Assembly (NCBI GenBank): GCA_024137785.1
Contig: JAHRHZ010000028.1
Coordinates: forward strand, 27,693,847 to 27,738,448
Direction: 5' to 3'
Source: Ginglymostoma cirratum
Lineage: Eukaryota
Length of the DNA stretch: 44,602 nt
The translations under genes were made by a program, and so were the position numbers. Shown in pieces: positions 37,290-44,602 of this stretch (its first letter is position 1; every line of letters starts with the position of its first letter). The notes below the pieces were generated by a model. The model did no database searches, was not told the origin of the DNA, and worked only from the letters and a program-made list of their open reading frames with translations.

Positions 37290-38560
37290 CTAGCACATTC
37301 CAATTCCTAACCACCTGCTGTGTAAAGTAATTTTACATCAAGTCGCCTTCAGTTCTTTTGCTGTTTGCATTACATTAATGCTTTCTATTTCTTGACAATG
37401 TATACAGTTTCTCAGTATCTAGGGAATCTGAAGAGGAGTCATATTGGATTCAAAAGGTTAACTCTGTTTCCCTGTCTACAGATGCTGCCAGACATGCTGT
37501 GTTCACTCCCAGGAAATGGATGAGTGCAGCCCCGATTTCTTATTTCTAAACTGGGTCTGAGAGCCTATTTGGTAACCAGTGGTGGAGGATGATGCAGTAG
37601 TGAGTCTGAACAAGAAGAGGCACTTGTGCTAACAGCAAGATACAGTTTAATGCATGATAGCAGTGGCTATAAGTTACTTCAACTAGTTAGGAATAATTAC
37701 AATAAGCATCAGGAATCTGGAATCTAGTCTGATGGCATGGGGATCTCAAGCACTTTTCCATTCTCTACCCAAGAAAGTAGAACATTATCAGATTGTGTGG
37801 ACCCTAATGGAGCCACCAACTTAATCCATTCAGAATCATTACCTTATACAATAGACCACAAGATTTTGAACATCTCTAAATAATCACTTCTCAACTTTCA
37901 CTTCTCGATAGAAAGCATCACTTGCTTCTCCAACATATCCATATAATTATAAACACTCGTCCTAGGAACCATCCTTGCTAATCTTTTCAGCACCATCTCT
38001 GATGTCATCATACCCTTCCTAAAGTAAGGTGCCCAGAATTGGACATGATGTTCCAGTTGAGACTGAACCAGTGTATGTAAAAGCTTATATGCAATGCTCT
38101 ATGCATTTATTTATAAAGCTGTACACTCCATTGACCACTTCCCCAAACTTCTCTGACATAGACAACAATTTGTGCTCTTAGAAAACCAGGTTTCTGCCAC
38201 CTTTAGATTGTAGCCTCTAATTTACATTGCCTCTCCTCATTCTTCCTATCTAAACAAATCACTTCACAGTTTTCAATTTTAAATTGCAGAATGTACCTCT
38301 CTACCCATTCCACCATAATGTATATGCTTTCTTGATGTTTTGTTTTACTATTTATTCATGGTTCACAATGTTTACGAGCCTTATTTCATCTGTAAATGTT
38401 GAAACTGTACCTTGTACCTCCCTGTCTGCATCATTAAAATGCATCAAGGAAAGCAGTAGTCCTGTTGGTGACCAGTGGGGTCTCCCATCATATACCTTCC
38501 TCCAGTCTGAGAAATAGATGTTCCCATTGCTATGTTAGCTGTCACCCAGCCATGTAATAT
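37290..38560 (-). mobile_element. Old CR1 remnant, paralog of 2620-3620
   Basis: ttttacatcaagtc and ccttcctaaagtaaggtgcccagaatt shared colinearly with the gene A intron. Confidence 0.65.
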
Positions 38561-38856
38561 CCATGGCTGTCACATTGTTTTTCTTTCAGGTAAGAAGGTA
38601 TGCTATAGCAGCACTAGAGACTTCAGACAAATACAGGAGTAGAACTGAAGTCAACTGAAAGGAATGGAACTGATGGTGCAAATATAGAATTTGGTGGAAG
38701 AGGAGGGAGCAGAGACAGCTCTAGAATTAGTGAGTTGTTTGTGGGGAGGGAAGAGACTCAGAGCTAGGACAGATGGAGCTGGAAACAATTGCACCCAGAA
38801 TACTTTGCTCGGATGTGCAGTCTAGTGCAAAGTTTAACCAACAGGAATTCAATAGT

Positions 38857-39432
38857 TTCAGAGATAGTAGGAACTGCAGATGCTGGAGAATCTGAGATAA
38901 CAAGGTGCAGAGCTGGATGAACACAGCAGGCCAAGCAGCATCAGAGGAGCAGGAAGGCTAACGTTTCAGGGGCCTGAACCCTTCTTCAGAAATGGGGGAG
39001 GGGAAGGGGGTTCTGAAATAAATAGGGAGAGAGGGGGAGGAGGATAGAAGATGGATAGAGGAGAAGATAGGTGGAGAGGAGACAGACAGGTCGAGCAGTT
39101 TCAAGGCTGAAGAAATTATGAGAGAGTTGCAGTGGGAGAGAGATCCACTGAGATTTTTCCAGAGGGAGGAGAGTAACTTCTTCAGGGTAAGCATCCTTAG
39201 AAGAGGCTTCGCAGTGGGGTTAAAATTGTATCAGAGATAGTAGGAACTGCAGATGCTGGAGAATCTGAGATAACAAGGTGTAGAGCTGGATGAACACAGC
39301 AGGCCAAGCAGCGTCAGAGGAGCAGGAAGGCTGACGTTTCTGAAGAAGGGTCTAGGCCCGAAACGTCAGTTTTCCTGCTCCTCTGATGCTGCTTGGCCTG
39401 CTGTGTTCATCCAGCTCTACACCTTGTTATCT
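38857..39432. mobile_element. Rearranged Penelope insertion (tandem pLTRs plus terminal inverted pLTR) with 15-bp TSD
   Basis: gagatagtaggaactgcagatgctgg at 38861 and 39234; inverted arm 39340-39432; TSD CAGGAATTCAATAGT at 38842-38856 and 39433-39447. Confidence 0.85.
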
Positions 39433-39994
39433 CAGGAATTCAATAGTGCTGTGTTTGCAGACCAGTTTGTTCTGCCTGAGTCATCCTCAGATTTCCTGTT
39501 ATTGAGCACAAGAAATACAAGGTGAAGCTGTTTTTGTGGCTAAATACCACATCTATATCCATCTTTGAAACAGACTTCCTCTGTCAGTTGCTGCTGTTTG
39601 AAGATTTGATGCAAAAACAAGATATGCCATGAGGTGCGTTTAGGCATCACAGGACAGGGTAAGTATAAGAAAGTGCAAACTGTAGGGCTTTCAAAAACAC
39701 CAGAGATCAGAATATTACCTTTTTCTAAGGCAGTTCGCTGGCACCAAAGGCTTGCTTCCACTCTGATTCAATGGGTTCTGAGTGTGCATCTGCAGGCTCT
39801 GTCACATGCTGCTTGGAGGATCATGGAAGGGTTTCTTTGTAGATTTGTGCACTTCCTCCAATATTTTGACTTCAACTCTTCAGTTCCCAGCAAAATTGCT
39901 AAACATGTTGGTTGCCTTCCTGAAACAAGACTTCTCCATTTTGGTAGGTCACAAACCAGGGACTCCCGTGAGCTATGGTTATGTTTGACTTAAT

Positions 39995-40362
39995 GGGGAG
40001 GTGATGGCCCTAGTGGTATTATTGTTGGACTGTTAATCCAGAGGCCAGGTAATGTTCTGGGGACCCGCGATCGAATCCCACCATGGCAGATGGTAGAATT
40101 TGAATTCAATAAAAAATATCTGGAATTAAAAATCTAATGATGACCATGAATCCATTGTTGATTGTCGGGAAAAACCCATCTTGTTCATTAGTGCCCTTTA
40201 GGGAAGGAAAGTGCCATCCTCATCTGGTCTGGCCAGATGTGACTCCAGACCCACAGCAAAGTGGTTGACTCTGAACTGCCCTCTAGGCAATTAGAGCTGG
40301 GCAATAAATGCTACCTAGCTAGCGACTCCCTCATCCTGTTAATGAATAAAGAAATAAAAATC
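39995..40362 (+). mobile_element. tRNA-derived SINE (second family)
   Basis: A-box tggccctagtggt, B-box-like gatcgaatccc, 3' gggcaataaatgct... and A-rich tail. Confidence 0.75.
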
Positions 40363-41041
40363 TTCATCAGGAAAATTTTGAAGACACCCCCAAAACATTT
40401 CTGCTCTCCAAGTGAAAGCATCCTCCCACGGCAGAGTTCTGATTGGAAAAATTGCTTTGGGAATCTGGTGTCTGTTGTACAAATGACATGTCCCAGAGGT
40501 GGGATTGAATGATTAGCACCTTGATACAGGGCAAGCTGGCTTGCAGTGGTGCTGCTGTTAGAAGTGAAAAGATGTGATTACACCTAAATCTCAATTACAT
40601 TTTCCTTTTGTCTTTACAATGCACATTGTAAAGTGGCACAGCTTTGCACTTTTCTTTCTGTGGTCACTTTGTGTTGCATAGACATCACTCTTTTATTGTA
40701 ACAATTAAGTGACTATCAGTAATTAAGACAAAAGTCCATGGGAAAATAATTTCATTTTTCTGCGTTGGAGTAGTTACTTATTCACTATTTTCAATTATTT
40801 CTCATGTTATTGCTGTCTTCTACTAACTTAAGTCCTTGAGAATGTCTTCTGTGTGTATCTTCAACCAACTTTAATTTTGAGGCCCCTTGAGGTGGATTCC
40901 ACTTCATTTAATGTGGCTCTGCAATAACCTGAGTATTTGAGTACATTAGAATTGATCCCACTAACATTGAGTTGAAATTACCAGGAATGTGACCTCAGGA
41001 AATTAATCACAATTTCACAAGGGAATAAACAGCACTCACTC

Positions 41042-41373
41042 AGAATCCCTACAATATGGAAGCAGGCCATTTTGCCCATCGAATCCACACTGACCCTTCA
41101 GAAGGCATCCCACCCAGGCACCCCCCACCCCCCCACCCCCATCCTGAAAGCCTACGTTTCTTAAGACTAATCCATCAGGCTTGCTCATTCCTGGACACTA
41201 TAGGCAATTTAGCATGGCCAATCCACCTAACCTACACAATCTTTGGACTGTGGGTGGAAACAGAGACACAAGGAGAATGTGCAAACTCCACACAGATAGT
41301 CACCCAAGGCTGGAGTCAAACCTGAGTTCCTGGTGCTGTGAGGCAGTGATGCTAACCACTGAACCACTGTGCT
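41042..41373 (-). mobile_element. HE1-type SINE
   Basis: agaatccctaca...aatttagcatggccaatccacct...gctaaccactgaaccactgtgct. Confidence 0.88.
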
Positions 41374-41986
41374 GATACAGCTGGCAAATGTCTAGACAGG
41401 GAGATAATGATCAGAGGGCAGGTGGCAAATGCTAATGTCAATGTCATAAGTAACCATTTTAGAGTGGAATGTATAAATACCCGGTACTTTATTGGGAAGG
41501 ATAAAGTTTCCTAGAGACCTCTCCTAGACTGCATGATAAGGAGCTCCAAATAAAGAGCCATTTGTGCAGCTGAGCATAAGACTTTGACTCCTTTTTAAAA
41601 TCCATCTCCAACATTATTGTGAACAGGGTGCTGCACTGATCTGCAATCGCTAAGTATGTTTAAAATTATCACTCTTCAGGTAGAGCACAAACTCCGTAGT
41701 CGATCCTGGCAGTAAGTTCTGGTACTGAAAGAACTAAAGTAGAGAAGGGAGTTGTGCCATGTGTAGTGGACAATCAATGGGCTGTTGTTTATCCCAGGAA
41801 TGTGAAAGAGCCCCATAGTTGAACGGGGAGAGGACAGTGACCAAACATAATATAAGAAATGAATTGACCAAATGGATAAAACTAATGGGAACCCCACCAA
41901 ACCCATCTGGTTTGAAAGTGTGTGGTCAAAAAAAGAAGGGAGTAACAGAGAAGACAAAGCCTTAATACTAGTACTTCAAGCTCATG

Positions 41987-42690
41987 TAGAATCATAGAGT
42001 CATAGAGACGTACATCACAGAAACAGGCCCTTCATCCAACTCGTCCATGCCGACCAGATATTCCAAATCAATCTAGTCCCATTTGCCAGCATTTGGCTCA
42101 TATCCCTCTAAACCCTTCCTATTTATATACCCATCCTGATGCCTTTTAAATGTTGCAATTGTTCCAGTCTCCATCACCCTCTCTGAAAGCTTGTTCCATA
42201 CAGTCACCACCCTTTGTTGAAAAAGTTGCCCCTTATGTCCCTTTTAAATCTTTCCCCTCTCACCTTAAACCTATGCCCTTCAGTTTTGAACGCCTCTTCT
42301 CTGGCCTCATGCAATGCCCAAGAAAAGACCTTGACTATTCAGCCTACCCATGCATCTTATGACATTATGAACTTCTATAAGGTCAACCCTCAGCCTCTGA
42401 TGCTCCAGGGAAAATAACTTCAGCCTATTCAGCCTTTCCCTACAGCTCAAACCTTCCAATCCTGACAACATCCTTTTAAATCTTTTCTGCACGTTTTCCA
42501 ATTTCACAACTCTTTTCTGACAACAGGGAGACCAGAATTGAATGCTGTACTCTAAAAGCGGCCAAACCAATGTCCCGAACGGCTGCAACATGACCTCTGA
42601 GCTCCTATAGTCACTGCACTGAGCAATAAAGGCAGGCATACTAAGTGCCTTCTTCACTATCCTGTCTACCTGGGACTCCACTTTCAATGA
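41987..42690 (-). mobile_element. CR1 3' fragment
   Basis: ORF 42307-42726 LKVESQVDRIVKKA...LEYSIQFWSP...LRVDLIEV; tail tagaatcatagagtcatagag. Confidence 0.9.
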
Positions 42691-43888
42691 ACTATTTAAG
42701 CTATCACAACAATTTATACTGCACACAGATTGGTTGGCAAGTCAAGCTGATTGTCGAGGGGGCAGCATGGAGAAAGAAACTGAGATTTACAGACTTTCCA
42801 AGTTCCTGGGTAATTCAAAAAAAGGTGCAACATAGTCCGTTTGGTTGTAGAAAGCGGATCTTCGTGCATAAAGTGATATTCTTTCTAGTAAGTGTAAATG
42901 TTACACATTTGACTGATCATCTTAAATTGGTTTCTCGTGGAGTTATTAGCGCCCTCAGACTAATGTTTGTCATGCTGCACGCAGGACAAAAAGCTTCAGT
43001 GACAAGCTTTTCTTCACAATAATGTCACAAGAATGGAGAAAATACGTAATGCCCAAAATGTTTCCTCATACACTAACTGCTGCCAAATGCCCAGTATTCA
43101 GGTGCCCTTACACGCATGGCAAGATAATCACTTATAACATGGCCACTTACAACATCATACCATCTTCTAAAGCCTTCACACAAATAATAGTTAAGCTAGC
43201 GATCCTGTGAAATATTAATGGTGTCTCCAAGACCTATATTATTCAATGGCACAATCGCAAGTGGATTGTCGTGCATTGTGGCAATCTGGCCGAGCCTCAT
43301 AAACGTTTGGACTGGACTGCTTCATGTTCAAAATATTAACAGATCCATTTGAGAGAGAAACAAAAGATGCCCAACAGAATGCTGGTTGGGCCAGAATTAG
43401 CAGCCCCTGAACCAAACTGAATAATTAAAACAGAAATTCTTTGGTCAGCAGATATTTATCACAGCTGAGAGGTAGGGAGGTAGACTCCCTTATTGTGGCT
43501 GTGTGCTGTAGCTGCTGGCTTTGGAATGTGAAAGATTGGTTGTAAAACGAGTTATACATCTCACTGTCGCTCCGAGCAAAGCAGAAAGTTAAAACCCGAG
43601 ATTGGAAGAAAGTAAAAAAAGTGTTCATCAGTTGTAGGAGAGAGAGAAAGAGAGACCACTTTTTTGTGCTGTGATTCTTGAACTGAATGTTAACTCTTTG
43701 TGGTCTGGTTTGTGTTCATTTTTGTTTATTAGTCACTCAATGTTGTCTTGTGAAAATTAAGGAACTCAAAATCTGGGGATAGTGTGAGTTCAGTTTACAT
43801 CTTGGGAATGTATGGCGATATTATCAGTTTGAAACTTGTGTGGTTACAGAACGGACTCTCAGTTCCTTAAAAGAAAGAATTACTGTTT

Positions 43889-44602
43889 GAGAGATAACAA
43901 GCATGGGGCTGGATGAACACAGCAGGTCAAGCAGCATCATAGGAGCAGGAAAACTTGACATTTCGGGCCTAAACCCTTCATCAGAAATGGGGGAGGGGAA
44001 GAGGGTTCTGAAATAAATAGGGAGAGAGGGGGAGGAGGATGGATAGAAGAGAGGATAGGTGGAGAGGAGGCAGACAAGTCGAAGAGGCGGGGATGGAGCC
44101 AGTAAAGGTGAGTGTAGGTAGGGGGGTAGGGAGGAGATAGGTCAGTCCAGGGAGGACGGACAGGTCAAGGGGGCGGGATGATGTTAGTAGATAGGAGATG
44201 GGGGTGTGGCTTGAGGTGAGAGGAAAGACAGTTTAGGGAGGTGGAGATGAGCTGGGCTGGTTTTGGGATGCGGTTGTGGGAGGGGAGATTTTGAAGTTTG
44301 TGAAATCCACATTGATGCCATTGGGCTGCAGGGTTCCCAGGCTGAATATGATTTGCTGTTCCTGCAGCCTTCGGATGGCATCACTGTGGCATTGTAGGAG
44401 GCCCAGGATGGACATGTCATCTGAGGAATGGGAGGGGGAGTTGAAATGGTTCGCGACTGGGAGGTGCAGTTGTTTGTTGCGAACTGAGCGCAGGTGTTCT
44501 GCAAAGTGGTCCCCAAGCCTCCGCTTGGTTTCCCCGATGTAGAGGAAGCCACAACGGGTACAGCGGATGCAGTATACCACATTGGCAGATGTGCAGGTGA
44601 AC
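43889..44602 (-). mobile_element. Penelope-like element 3' end with GIY-YIG endonuclease, running off the window edge
   Basis: ORF 44233-44580 VYCIRCTRCGFLYIGETKRRLGDHFAEH...VANHFN...LGTLQPNGIN, followed by pLTR. Confidence 0.92.

Larger units (their letters stand above)
36880..40630 (+). repeat. Dispersed direct repeat of about 220 bp (about 36880-37100 and 40400-40630)
   Basis: ccacggcaga..ttgctttgggaatctggtg..aaatgacatg.cccagag..gcaccttgatacagggcaa.ctggcttg..tctttacaatgcacattg in both copies. Confidence 0.85.

Noticed and set aside
41000-43880. Leader exon of gene B
   Set aside because: No match to 6395-6434 and no convincing ATG-hydrophobic-GT unit seen; probably beyond the right edge.

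Overview
This is vertebrate genomic DNA, almost certainly from a shark. The basis is its repeat content: HE1-type SINEs, CR1 LINEs, Penelope elements and Rex1/Babar. More than half of the window is transposon-derived, and there is one 400-N gap (16204-16603). The genic content is two tandem, minus-strand, intron-containing genes about 35 kb apart, each encoding a single-V-domain CD300/pIgR-like receptor. Gene A has a leader exon (6395-6434), V exon (1338-1673) and 37-nt stalk exon (990-1026); its TM exon is uncertain or lies off the left edge. Gene B has a V exon (36244-36579), 37-nt stalk exon (35919-35955) and TM exon (31681-31776) encoding WNILRWAFFVILLLCAILIKVKI*; its leader was not found in the window. 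The ORF track does not show gene B in its true frame. The two V exons are about 97% identical, while the stalk exons are about 65% identical and the introns are clearly more diverged. With gene B's Arg-containing TM and near-absent tail, this suggests a paired immune-receptor locus homogenised by gene conversion. Between the genes lie nested retroelements: a Gmr1-type (INT-before-RT) Gypsy containing a Rex1 LINE that contains a Penelope hairpin, a solo LTR split by a young CR1, and an internally deleted Gypsy with intact TSD. All alignments and counts were done by eye.
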